64,000 nt of DNA from Candidatus Falkowbacteria bacterium (GTDB taxonomy: Bacteria; Patescibacteriota; Patescibacteriia; CAIXNZ01), in the NCBI GenBank assembly GCA_963774955.1, contig CAVZGV010000003.1, positions 386,981 to 450,980 on the forward strand, in the 5' to 3' direction. The notes beneath the pieces are model-generated. The model was not told the origin of the DNA and made no database searches. It saw only the letters and a list, made by a program, of their open reading frames with translations. Below, one piece after another: positions 50,130 to 59,789 of the stretch. How positions within the stretch are numbered: position 1 is the stretch's first letter; every line of letters begins with the position of its first letter. The position numbers and the translations under genes were made by a program.

Positions 50130-50966
50130 ATGGATGAGCGATTAAATAAAATGATTCTCGATATGGGAAAGCAATATGGCGAACATGCTAAAATTTTGAG
50201 CGAAAAAGTCAATGCGGAAATGAAAAAAAATTTTAAGGTAATCCATGAGATTACAGAAAGTTTAAAAAAACAAATTGAAGATATCAGCCCCGCAATTTTA
50301 ATGGTTCAAGAATCTATTCGGCAATTTGAGGAATCTAAGGAGTTTCATAAATTTGAGCAGCAAGCGTTTAATAATAGTGGTTGGTGGATAACCCCTTCAT
50401 TAATGGAAGTTCCAGTATACAAATTCCGTAATGCTGTAATTAAATACAATAAGGGTCAAAAAATTGCTATAACTAATTTGTATATATCGATTTATCAAAA
50501 GAATAATTGTAAATATTTGGGGCAGGTATTAAATAGTTGGGATAGTAATAAATACTTTAAACCATGGATGAAAATTATAAGGCAAGCATTAGAAGCTCAT
50601 GTGGATAAAAAATATTTTCTGTCAGTACCCGCATTATTGTTAGTAGCCGAGGGTATTTCAACTAATTATTGTAAAAAAAATAAGATTAAAATTCCCTATA
50701 AAGAAAATTCAAAAGGAGGTGAGAAAATCAAAAAAGCATTAAATTATATTAAAAATAATAAAGAAATTGAATTTTTAAATGCAGATTTTTTTATACTTGC
50801 TCTTGATAATATTATCTATGCTCAGACTTATAAAATTAATAAAAAAACTTTTAAATATTTCCTTAATCGCCATGCGGTTTTGCATGGTGGAACTACAGAC
50901 TATGGCACTTTGAAGAATTCATTAAAGTGTTTTATGTTGTTAGATTTTTTAAGTATTTTAAAATAA
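50130..50966 (+). CDS. Putative HEPN-domain RNase with N-terminal coiled coil
   Basis: LNRHAVLHG (R-x4-H) near the C-terminus of an all-helical protein. Confidence 0.6.
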   Translation: MDERLNKMILDMGKQYGEHAKILSEKVNAEMKKNFKVIHEITESLKKQIEDISPAILMVQESIRQFEESKEFHKFEQQAFNNSGWWITPSLMEVPVYKFRNAVIKYNKGQKIAITNLYISIYQKNNCKYLGQVLNSWDSNKYFKPWMKIIRQALEAHVDKKYFLSVPALLLVAEGISTNYCKKNKIKIPYKENSKGGEKIKKALNYIKNNKEIEFLNADFFILALDNIIYAQTYKINKKTFKYFLNRHAVLHGGTTDYGTLKNSLKCFMLLDFLSILK

Positions 50967-52292
50967 ATGACTTACTCAATAATCCCCAAATCCCACTTGG
51001 AAGGCGCTCTGCGTCTAGACCCGGAATACTATCAGCCGGAGTATTTGGAATTGATAAAAAAACTCGAGAAGTTGACTGATAAAAAATTGAAAGATTATGC
51101 TATTAACATTTCCAGGGGGTTTAAACCAATCAAGGGCGACTTTTTTAATTATATTGAAATATCAGAAATTGATTTAGGGAATGGTACTTTTAATGAATCT
51201 AAAATTCTAGGTGAGGAAGCACCGGATAGGGCGCAAAAAGTTGTAAAAGAGGGCGACGTTATTGTGTCTACTGTCAGGCCTAATAGAAATGCTGTTTCTT
51301 TGATCAGGGCAGAGCATAACAATTTTGTTGCTTCGAGCGGTTTTTGCAATATTGAACCTCGAAAAGTTTCTTCAGAGTATTTATTCGCTTATCTAAAAAC
51401 TAATCATGTTATAAAGCTATTGGACAGATTGACTTCCGCAAGCATGTATCCCGCGGTAACAGAGGAAGACATAATGAATTTACCTTTTTATGTTAAAAAT
51501 GAGCAAGCTATTATTAAATTAGTAAAAGAAGTTTTTGAGCAAATTGAGAAATCGAAATCGCTTTACGCCCAAGCCGAAGATTTACTGCTTGAAGAATTGG
51601 GTATTAATGATTTGGAATCAGAAGAAGATTTAACTTTTACAGCTACTTTAAAGGATTGCCTGCAAGCTGTTCGTATTGATGCTGATTTTTTTCAGCCGAA
51701 GTATGAGAGGATTTTAAGTAAAATAAAAGTTAAAAGGGAGAAATTAAGTAATTTAGTTTCTTTACAAAAGGGGATTGAGCCAGGCAGTGAAGAATATGCG
51801 GAAGAAGGCAAGCCGTTTATTCGCGTATCCAATATGTCCAAGTTCGGCTTAAATGATAATAATCAGCAATATTTGAGCGAGAAAATGTATAATGAATTGA
51901 AAGATAAATATCAGCCTCAAAAGGGAGATATTTTATTAAGTAAGGATGCGACTCCTGGCATTGCGGTTTTACTAGAAAAAGATGTTGAGGGTATTATCTC
52001 TGGCGGTACTTTACGATTAAAAATAAAAGATAAAACTTTAGTTCCTCAATACTTATCTTTAGTTTTAAATTCTGTAATTTGCCAAATGCAAATCGAAAGA
52101 GATGCTGGTGGGTCAATTATTATTCACTGGAGACCTGATCAAGTGGAAAATACAATTATTCCTATTTTACCCATCAAAATCCAGCAAAAAATTGCTGATT
52201 TGGTCAGTGAATCTTTTAAGTTAAGAAAAGAGGCCAAGGAACTACTAGAAGAAGCGAAAAAGAGGGTGGAGGAGGAGATTGAGAAGAAATAA
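50967..52292 (+). CDS. HsdS-like specificity subunit (two TRDs)
   Basis: Two RLDPEY/RIDADF-initiated TRD repeats with IPILP...QQKIA helices. Confidence 0.85.
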   Translation: MTYSIIPKSHLEGALRLDPEYYQPEYLELIKKLEKLTDKKLKDYAINISRGFKPIKGDFFNYIEISEIDLGNGTFNESKILGEEAPDRAQKVVKEGDVIVSTVRPNRNAVSLIRAEHNNFVASSGFCNIEPRKVSSEYLFAYLKTNHVIKLLDRLTSASMYPAVTEEDIMNLPFYVKNEQAIIKLVKEVFEQIEKSKSLYAQAEDLLLEELGINDLESEEDLTFTATLKDCLQAVRIDADFFQPKYERILSKIKVKREKLSNLVSLQKGIEPGSEEYAEEGKPFIRVSNMSKFGLNDNNQQYLSEKMYNELKDKYQPQKGDILLSKDATPGIAVLLEKDVEGIISGGTLRLKIKDKTLVPQYLSLVLNSVICQMQIERDAGGSIIIHWRPDQVENTIIPILPIKIQQKIADLVSESFKLRKEAKELLEEAKKRVEEEIEKK

Positions 52293-52293
52293 A

Positions 52294-52320
52294 TAAAAAT
52301 CTCATCTAAAATATTTTTTA
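52294..52320 (+). repeat. Junction site, copy 1
   Basis: TAAAAATCTCATCTAAAATATTTTTTA directly after the S-subunit stop. Confidence 0.85.
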
Positions 52321-52336
52321 AAATAACTAAAAATCT

Positions 52337-54043
52337 ATGGAAGCAGGTAAGAGAAACATCTCAGATATATTTAATCGCGCGCATAAATTATCAGTCCCTC
52401 ATTTTCAGCGAGCGTATGTTTGGGATGAGGAACAGTGGGAAAGATTTTTGGAGGATGTGGACTATGCTTCACGGGCAAATCCCCCTTATTTTATGGGGTC
52501 TATTATCTTGAAACAGCAAGAGACTACAATTAAGCAAGGCGATATACGTACAATTATTGATGGCCAGCAAAGATTGACGACATTTATTTTATTCTTTAAA
52601 GTACTCTATGATAAGCTAGGATTACCCGAAAAATTTAAGGAAATTTTCACCACTTTTGGCGGTGATATAATTCTGGAACATAATTATTCCGACAGGCCAA
52701 TCTTTGAAAAAATTTTACTGGGTGATGAATTGGGTAAAAAGGAAAAGAAGACAAGAATTTATAAATGTTATGATTATTTTTTGAATAATATTGATGAAAA
52801 AGTAATTAGCCCCAATAACTTACTGTCAAATATATTATTTGTGGGTATTGAGTTGCAATATCATGAAGATGAGCAGCAAATTTTTGATACTATTAATTCA
52901 TTGGGTGTTAGACTGACAACTGCCGAATTGTTGAAGAATTATTTATTTAAGGATGATCTTGATTTTTATAATAAGAATTGGCGCGATGTATTTGAAAAAG
53001 AGGATGAAATTAAGGAATACTGGGACCAGGGAGTAACTTCCGGCCGAAATATTAGAAATAATATTGACCTATTCTTGCAGTCTTATTTATTTATTAAGAT
53101 TCAAGAGAAAGACATTAATGTGAGCTCTGAGGATAAAGAACGTTATTTTAAGATTGATTCCGTTTTTAATTCGTATAAGGAATTCATGAATAAATACAAA
53201 CAGGATAGGGATTCGATCATCAATGAGTTAAAGGATTATGCGCTTATTTATAAGGATACTATTAATCCCGAAATTGTTGAGCAAGATTTAAATGCAGATG
53301 ATTATGTGCAGCGGATAAACTTGGTAATGTTTGGATTAGATACTGCAACGATTATTCCATATGTGCTGTATGTATCCAAAAAAGTGAGAGATGAGGAGGA
53401 AAAAAATAAGATTTTTAGATATCTTGAAGCGTATTTGATGAGACGGCTTGTTTCGAAAAAAACTACTAAAAATTACAATCAATTATTTAGGGGTTTTATT
53501 AATAATGAGATTGATACATTGGAAAAATTAAAGGATGCAATTGAGAAAAAGGGCGAAAAGATTAATAATATGCCAACAGACAATGATGTAATGGAGGGCG
53601 TAAATAAATCCCAGCTAACTAATAAACAAGCAAGGGGCATCCTTTATTTGATTGAGAGGTCAATCAGAAGCGATCTAAACGCTACTGAGCTAAAATTTCT
53701 TAATGAATATAGTCTTGAACACGTAATGCCAAAGAAATGGAGGAATAATTGGGGAGGTAATGAATTAACTGATGAACAGAAAAAAGAGCGAGATGATATA
53801 TTGTTGACATTGGGTAATTTGACATTAATTACTAAAAAATTAAATTCGTCAATTAGAGATTCTGACTGGCAGAAAAAGAAAAAGGGTAGGGGAAGCCATA
53901 AAGGATTGCTAGAGTATGCTTAAGGAATTGAGATATTTTCAAAATATTTACAGAAGGAGTCATGGGGTGAGGAGGGAATAAAGGAACGCGCAAATGAACT
54001 TTATGATTATATGGTTAAGAATGTTTGGAACTTGAAGTTTTAA
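52337..54043 (+). pseudogene. GmrSD-like (DUF262 + DUF1524/HNH) Type IV nuclease with an in-frame TAA at 53921-53923
   Basis: FQRAYVW, IDGQQRLTT, FDTINSLG, EHVMP...GNLTL; frame continues 39 codons with a W...I..R...L...W tail. Confidence 0.8.
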
Positions 54044-54065
54044 AAAACAGAGGAATTTTATATTT

Positions 54066-54365
54066 ATGATAAAAGCTATCAGTATGAATGATGAGGGCAG
54101 GGTTAAGAATTTTATTCAAAGCAACCATTGGATTTTCGCTAAAACTTATGCTAAGACTGCTCCTCACGAATATGTCTGTCGGGATTATCTTGATGACTCA
54201 ATGAAAAATGAATTTGTTTGGTTTGTTGAATTTATCAGAAAAAACGGAAACCCGGAAAAGTTTTTCAATTCAGAATATATTTATTTTCCTATCGACGGAT
54301 ATAAATACTGGACTATGGGTAATCCAATTGACGAAACTACTATTATAAATAGAGCGATTGTTTAA
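54066..54365 (+). CDS. Small hypothetical protein
   Basis: WIFAKTY...PHEY...YWTMG; bounded by a junction site. Confidence 0.7.
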   Translation: MIKAISMNDEGRVKNFIQSNHWIFAKTYAKTAPHEYVCRDYLDDSMKNEFVWFVEFIRKNGNPEKFFNSEYIYFPIDGYKYWTMGNPIDETTIINRAIV

Positions 54366-54367
54366 AA

Positions 54368-54394
54368 TAAAAATCACATCTAAAATATTTTTTA
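54368..54394 (+). repeat. Junction site, copy 2
   Basis: TAAAAATCACATCTAAAATATTTTTTA. Confidence 0.85.
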
Positions 54395-54397
54395 GAT

Positions 54398-54715
54398 ATG
54401 TCGAAAAATCCTAATAAACAATTCATTGTTAATTTACAGGAGATGCAACTCGAGCGGGTTTGTTTTATAAAAATATCAGTCAGTAAGTCTCAGATTATTA
54501 AAAGAATCGGAGCCAAGCTTAGTGCGGAGATTTTAAGCCATGTCAAACCAATGAAGCTTTATGGCGTGAGCCGATATTTATACGCGGATATTAAAAAATA
54601 TTTAAATAAGACCAGTCAGGGCAGGGATTTGTTTATAGAACTCGTCGGCGGACAATCGTGTTTTTTGCCTCCAATCAATAAACATAGACAGGGGAAGCTA
54701 TTTATTAAGTCATAA
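54398..54715 (+). CDS. Hypothetical protein occupying a single-gene cassette
   Basis: ATG 4 nt after site 2; stop codon is the start of site 3. Confidence 0.65.
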   Translation: MSKNPNKQFIVNLQEMQLERVCFIKISVSKSQIIKRIGAKLSAEILSHVKPMKLYGVSRYLYADIKKYLNKTSQGRDLFIELVGGQSCFLPPINKHRQGKLFIKS

Positions 54716-54738
54716 AAATTTCATCTAAAAAATTTTTA
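54713..54738 (+). repeat. Junction site, copy 3
   Basis: TAAAAATTTCATCTAAAAAATTTTTA spans the stop of one gene and the ATG of the next. Confidence 0.8.
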
Positions 54739-55340
54739 TGAAAAAACTCTCCCATCTCCTCATCCTCACCACCCTCATCCTCACCCTCACCGCCTGTTCT
54801 GAAGCGGGGACACTGGTTGTTAATACTAACCAGTGTCGGGATGTGGAATTGGCCAAACCAAATATTAATCAAATAGTTGCGCCTGAAAATAATGTTCCGG
54901 AACCTGTTTCTGATTTATACCCTGTGACCAAAGTCGTTGACGGCGATACCATCGATGTAAATATTGACGGCACAGTTGAGAGGATCAGGTTGATCGGCAT
55001 TGATACTCCGGAAATAGTTGATCCCAGAAAACCCGTGGAATGTTTCGGACTTGAGGCTTCCAATAAAGCCAAGGCAGTTTTGACCGGCCAACAAGTCAGA
55101 TTGGAAAAAGATAATTCTCAGGCCAATCGGGATGTTTATAATCGTTTGTTACGATACGTCTTTTTGGCTGACGGTATAAATTTTAATAAGATGATGATTG
55201 AACAGGGTTATGCTTATGAATATACTTATGACCTGCCCTATAAATACCAGACAGAATTTAAACAAGCGCAAAAATATGCGCAGGACAATAAATTAGGGCT
55301 TTGGCAGGATAATGTTTGCCCGGGTACGACATTAAAATGA
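54738..55340 (+). CDS. Thermonuclease (SNase) lipoprotein
   Basis: LTAC; VVDGDT, IRLIGIDTPE, DVYNRLLRY, GLW. Confidence 0.9.
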   Translation: MKKLSHLLILTTLILTLTACSEAGTLVVNTNQCRDVELAKPNINQIVAPENNVPEPVSDLYPVTKVVDGDTIDVNIDGTVERIRLIGIDTPEIVDPRKPVECFGLEASNKAKAVLTGQQVRLEKDNSQANRDVYNRLLRYVFLADGINFNKMMIEQGYAYEYTYDLPYKYQTEFKQAQKYAQDNKLGLWQDNVCPGTTLK

Positions 55341-55399
55341 GGTTTGACGTATTTAAAATAATTTTAAAGATAAAAATCTGCCTTTTCATGTTATTTTTC

Positions 55400-55703
55400 A
55401 TTGAAAGAGAATGATGATTTTGGCCAATCGGAAGGTAGAGACACGGTTAACCGTGTCTCTACAGAACGTAAATTCGGTTCAGTCCCGCCAAAATCATTGT
55501 CATCAATTGTTAATACATTTAAAGGCGGCGTAACCCGTCGTTGTCATGAAAATAAATTGGATTTCAAATGGCAATCAAATTATCACGAACATATCATCCG
55601 CGACGAGGACGATTATGCCCGGATCTGCGAATATATCCGCTGTAACCCGGGTAAATGGTCTGAAGATCGAAATAATCCTTTAAATATAAAAAATCTCATC
55701 TAA
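55400..55703 (+). mobile_element. 3' half of RAYT gene (partial copy A)
   Basis: Near-identical to 61866-62169, including the REP palindrome at 55435-55462. Confidence 0.85.
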
Positions 55704-55714
55704 AATATTTTTTA
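55687..55714 (+). repeat. Junction site, copy 4
   Basis: TAAAAAATCTCATCTAAAATATTTTTTA. Confidence 0.85.
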
Positions 55715-55753
55715 AAATTTCAGTCAGCTATTTTAGGTCTGTTGATAAAAAAT

Positions 55754-55791
55754 TTGACACTATATTTAAGTGTGGTATAATAATACCACAC
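55754..55791 (+). promoter_or_regulatory. Promoter with palindromic operator
   Basis: TTGACA-17-TATAAT; GTGTGGTAT-AATA-ATACCACAC overlaps the -10 box. Confidence 0.8.
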
Positions 55792-55815
55792 CTTTAATTT
55801 ATAAAAAAAATCGCT

Positions 55816-56196
55816 ATGCCAAACGCTAATTTAAAAAAATTCGGCGAGCTTTTGAAAGCTTTAAGAATGAAGCAGGATTTAAGCTTGCGGGACGTATGCA
55901 AAAAGGTTAATTATGACCCCAGCAACTGGAGCAAGATTGAAAGAGGTATGATTTCTCCGCCCAGCGAGGAGGTTGTTTTAGGCCAATGGGCATTGGCCTT
56001 AGGTCTGGCCAAAGAGAGCAAAGAGTATTATGAATTTATTGATTTGGCCAATATTGCCCAGGGCATTATTCCGGATTACATTATGCAGGAAAAAGACTTG
56101 GTCAGAGCTTTGCCGGCTTTTTTCAGGACGGTTAGAAATGAAAAACCGACCAAAAAAGAGATTGACGATTTAATCAATCTGATTAAGAATAATTAG
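55816..56196 (+). CDS. XRE-family HTH regulator
   Basis: FGELLKALR...LSLRDV...WSKIERG. Confidence 0.85.
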   Translation: MPNANLKKFGELLKALRMKQDLSLRDVCKKVNYDPSNWSKIERGMISPPSEEVVLGQWALALGLAKESKEYYEFIDLANIAQGIIPDYIMQEKDLVRALPAFFRTVRNEKPTKKEIDDLINLIKNN

Positions 56197-56203
56197 GAAA
56201 TTA

Positions 56204-56779
56204 ATGCAAACACCTTATTTCAAAAATCAGGAGCTTAAGCACAAAGCTGATGAGTTCAGAATTAAGCATTGGGGCAATGATGTGCCGGTAGATATTGAGC
56301 AGATTATTGAAGTTAAGCTGGGTATGGATATTATTCCGGTTCCCGGTTTATATAAACAATGCAATACCGATGCTTTGATTTCTTCGGACTGGAAGACGAT
56401 TTATGTGGATAATGATAATTATATTGATGACAGATGTTATAACCGCATTCGTTTCTCTTTGGCGCATGAAATCGGCCATTTTATTTTGCATCAGGAGCTT
56501 TATGCATCTTTTGGCATTATGAGCGTTGAGGATTTTTATAATATAATTGATGGGTTAAATAATGATTATGGGATAATTGAAGGCCATGCCAATCGCTTTG
56601 CCAATTTTTTGCTGGTACCGAGAGAAAAATTGGAAATTGAAAAGGTCAAAGCCTTGCAAGCCCACCCCGAAATAAAGGAATTGGAAGCTGCAACTGTAAA
56701 TTCCTACATTGCTATTCCCTTAAGTAAAATATTTGAGGTTAATGAAGGAGTCGTGGAAATTAGCCTAAATAACAAATAA
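56204..56779 (+). CDS. ImmA/IrrE-family metallopeptidase
   Basis: RFSLAHEIGHFILH and E..ANRFA..LL.P. Confidence 0.9.
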   Translation: MQTPYFKNQELKHKADEFRIKHWGNDVPVDIEQIIEVKLGMDIIPVPGLYKQCNTDALISSDWKTIYVDNDNYIDDRCYNRIRFSLAHEIGHFILHQELYASFGIMSVEDFYNIIDGLNNDYGIIEGHANRFANFLLVPREKLEIEKVKALQAHPEIKELEAATVNSYIAIPLSKIFEVNEGVVEISLNNK

Positions 56780-56802
56780 AGAGTTTATTTTAAAATACCC
56801 CT

Positions 56803-57553
56803 ATGACCCAATACTATAACCCCAACCGCGCCCCAGACTGGAACTATGGCGGGAAAAATTGGAAACTGTCACGATCAAAAATTGACCTTTTTGTAGAGTG
56901 TCCCAGATGTTTTTATGTTGATAATAAACTTGGCACCAAACGACCACCAGGATTTCCGTTTAATATAAATTCAGCAGTTGATAAATTATTGAAGCAAGAA
57001 TTTGATGTTCATCGCTCCAATGGCACTCAGCACCCATTGCAAAAAAAATATAAAATTGACGCAGTACCTGCCCCGCATGAAAGCATTGATATTTGGCGGG
57101 ATAATTTTAAAGGCGTTTCAATATTTGCATAAAGCTACCGGCATGACCATCTCCGGCGCGATTGATGATCTTTGGATTAATTCAAAGGGCGAATATATGG
57201 TGGTTGATTATAAAGCCACTGCAAAGGAAGAGGCCGTGACAGAACTTGATCAGGAATGGCAAGATGGTTATAAACGCCAAATGGAAGTTTATCAGTGGTT
57301 ATTGCGTAAAAATAAATTAAAAGTCTCTAATACCGGCTATTTTGTTTATTGTACCGGCCGTACAGACGTTGAGGCATTTGACGGTAAAATAGAATTTAAT
57401 GTAAATGTGATTCCTTATACAGGTTCTGATAAATGGGTTGAAAAAACCATTAAAGAAACTCATAAATGTTTGGAAAATAATAAAATCCCTTCTTCAGGCG
57501 CTGATTGTGATTATTGTAAATATGTGGATGCGAGGAATAAGTATGTTAAGTAG
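56803..57553 (+). pseudogene. PD-(D/E)XK (Cas4-like Fe-S) nuclease, frameshifted near 57118
   Basis: LSRSKID..CPRC; GAIDD...VDYK; CDYC; one extra T in GGCGTTTCAATAT. Confidence 0.8.
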
Positions 57554-57626
57554 AAATCTCATCCCCAAAGCCAATCCCAATTGCGCTTATTGCAATTATC
57601 GGTCAGAGGCAAGGGAAGTGGAGGAA

Positions 57627-57652
57627 TAAAAATTTTATTTAAAATATTTTCA
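57627..57652 (+). repeat. Degenerate junction site
   Basis: TAAAAATTTTATTTAAAATATTTTCA beginning at a stop codon. Confidence 0.55.
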
Positions 57653-57667
57653 AAACAATTTTTTAAG

Positions 57668-59653
57668 ATGAATAATGATGATCCAAAATTAAAATTTCTC
57701 TCGCTAGAACTCTCGCCCGAATGCGACCAGAACTGTAAGCATTGTTATGCTAATTCATTGAAGTCTCAGGTTGAAAATATACTTACCTTTGAACAATGGC
57801 TTGACGTTATTAAGGCTGCTAAAAAAATAGGTTGTGAAGAAATACGCTTAACCGGTGGGGAGCCAACACTTAGTCCTTATTTTTTTAAAATAATAAAAGC
57901 CGCTCATCAAATAGGTCTTAAAATTGGCTTTAATACTCACGGCGTTCTTAGTAATGCAATTTTGGCTAAAATAGTCAGCGCTGCGCCTGAGAGGATTTTT
58001 ATCAGTTTTGAGGGCTCGCCAAAGACTGATGCGGAAATAAGGGGCAAGAAACATTTTCAGCGGGCGTTTAATAGTGCAAAGTTTTTAAAACAGGCGGGGC
58101 TTGAGGTGTTGATGAATGTACATTTAAGAAAGAGTAATTATCGAGAAATTGAAAAGTTGTCCAAAATAGCGGTTGAAAATAATTTTATTCTCAAATTGCC
58201 ATTTCTTCGTCCAATTGGGCGAGCCGCAGAATGCCTGACTGAAGAAATATTAAATCCAGATCAAACCTTGGTTGTTGCTAAGGAAACAGAAAGAGTTAAA
58301 ATTAAATATCCTGCTTTAAAAATAACAAGCGATTACCAACTGCTAGGTGATGTTCAGCAGCATATGCTGAATCATTGTCCTGCCGGGATAGTTTCTATCC
58401 ATATTAATCCTGATGGCACTGCTTTCCCCTGTGGTTTTATGAGAGCAGATGATTTTAAGTTGGGAAATATTAAAAAAATTTCTTTGAAACAAATTTGGTT
58501 TAAATCGCCACTGTTAATTAAAATGAGAAAGGTTACGGGGGCACCAAAATGTCAGCATTGTGAATATTTTAAAAGTAAATGTTCTGGACCTGCTAGATGC
58601 TTTTCTTATTACCTTAATGGTAAGTTATTCAGCGATGATCCAATTTGTTTTGCCAAAAGTAAGAGTGAAGAAATTGGACTTGAATTTTTAAAGAAGAAAG
58701 TAGGCAGGTTGCCCAAAAAAGAAAGGGAATTATTTAATAAAATATTTGATTTGAAAATAGATAAATCTGAAAAAGGGGATAACATTATAAGTTTAAGAAA
58801 CAAAATTGAAATGACTCAAGGGATTTATAATGTAGCTTCAAGACAGGGGAGACCCATTGATCCTGTAAAGTTAAAAAAAATCAGAAAACTTTGTGACCAG
58901 GTATCTGATTGTAAGATTTGTAAAAAAGGCCGGGGGAAACAGCAGTTTTTAGATGCTTTGCCCGGAGCTTATACCAAACATCATAAGGTTTTGTTTTTTG
59001 ACAAACACAATCCCACCAATATAACGCCATCATTGGTTACTGCTTGTTTAAAGGCATCCGTTTGCTGGTCTCAAAAAGAAGCTTTTCAAAAGAAGAAATA
59101 TTATCCTTATATATTTTGGAATACGTTAATCGGGTCTGAAATCCATGGCCATGCGCATTTGATTTTAGCGGAAGATCTGCAATTTGCTGAAGTTGAAGAT
59201 CTTTCAATCAAAGCCAAATCGTTTGGTGAAATTAAAGGCAAGAATTATTGGGAATCTTTATTTAAAGCCCATTTATTAGTCGGTTTGGCAAAACAAGTAG
59301 GGCGATTTAAATATTTTATGAATCTTGTCCCTAAATCGTCAAGGGAAATTTTTATCTTTGGCAAAACCGGCTTGGATGAAATGGCAATAACTAGTTTATC
59401 GCTGCTAGTTTCAAAAATTTGTCAGAATTGGATTAATCGAACACCCTTTAGGGTGCCGGCGCTAAGTATTTTTATAAGTTATCCTTTGCCCCAGAAAGTA
59501 AACAAGGACAAATTAACTATTGTCCGAATTGTTGATAGAAGATATCCGTTATTGGGAAAGACTGACAGAGGTACGGTTGAAGAATTTGCTTTTAAGGTTG
59601 TGACACATGATCCCTTTGAGGAATGGAAACAATTAGAAAAAACGCTTAAATAA
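57668..59653 (+). CDS. Radical SAM/SPASM protein fused to a HIT/GalT-like domain
   Basis: CDQNCKHC, LTGGEP, CPAG...GTAFPC, CQHC; C-terminal HGHAH. Confidence 0.75.
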   Translation: MNNDDPKLKFLSLELSPECDQNCKHCYANSLKSQVENILTFEQWLDVIKAAKKIGCEEIRLTGGEPTLSPYFFKIIKAAHQIGLKIGFNTHGVLSNAILAKIVSAAPERIFISFEGSPKTDAEIRGKKHFQRAFNSAKFLKQAGLEVLMNVHLRKSNYREIEKLSKIAVENNFILKLPFLRPIGRAAECLTEEILNPDQTLVVAKETERVKIKYPALKITSDYQLLGDVQQHMLNHCPAGIVSIHINPDGTAFPCGFMRADDFKLGNIKKISLKQIWFKSPLLIKMRKVTGAPKCQHCEYFKSKCSGPARCFSYYLNGKLFSDDPICFAKSKSEEIGLEFLKKKVGRLPKKERELFNKIFDLKIDKSEKGDNIISLRNKIEMTQGIYNVASRQGRPIDPVKLKKIRKLCDQVSDCKICKKGRGKQQFLDALPGAYTKHHKVLFFDKHNPTNITPSLVTACLKASVCWSQKEAFQKKKYYPYIFWNTLIGSEIHGHAHLILAEDLQFAEVEDLSIKAKSFGEIKGKNYWESLFKAHLLVGLAKQVGRFKYFMNLVPKSSREIFIFGKTGLDEMAITSLSLLVSKICQNWINRTPFRVPALSIFISYPLPQKVNKDKLTIVRIVDRRYPLLGKTDRGTVEEFAFKVVTHDPFEEWKQLEKTLK

Positions 59654-59688
59654 AAATCTCATCCCCTAAGGGGCAGGCTAAAAAATTT
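59651..59688 (+). repeat. Junction site interrupted by a 15-nt hairpin
   Basis: TAAAAATCTCATC-[CCCTAAGGGGCAGGC]-TAAAAAATTT. Confidence 0.7.
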
Positions 59689-59789
59689 ACTTGTGGATAA
59701 GGCAGCTTGTATTCGGTTTTTGTTCGGGTTATAATTAATCATGGAATGTACTAACATTCTATTGTTAATTATTTAAAATCAGAAAGTAT

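Noticed and set aside
53921-53923. Stop-codon reassignment
   Set aside because: The stop is TAA, the main terminator here, and TGA also ends genes normally; code 11 fits
54750-54792. CCTCAT/CCTCAC microsatellite as a phase-variation tract
   Set aside because: Imperfect in-frame repeats encoding the Leu/Ile/Thr signal-peptide core
56803-57553. cas4 as part of a CRISPR locus
   Set aside because: No cas1/cas2 or repeats; stand-alone PD-(D/E)XK nuclease
46599-59700. oriC suggested by TGTGGATAA boxes
   Set aside because: Only isolated boxes kilobases apart; no cluster or dnaA/dnaN
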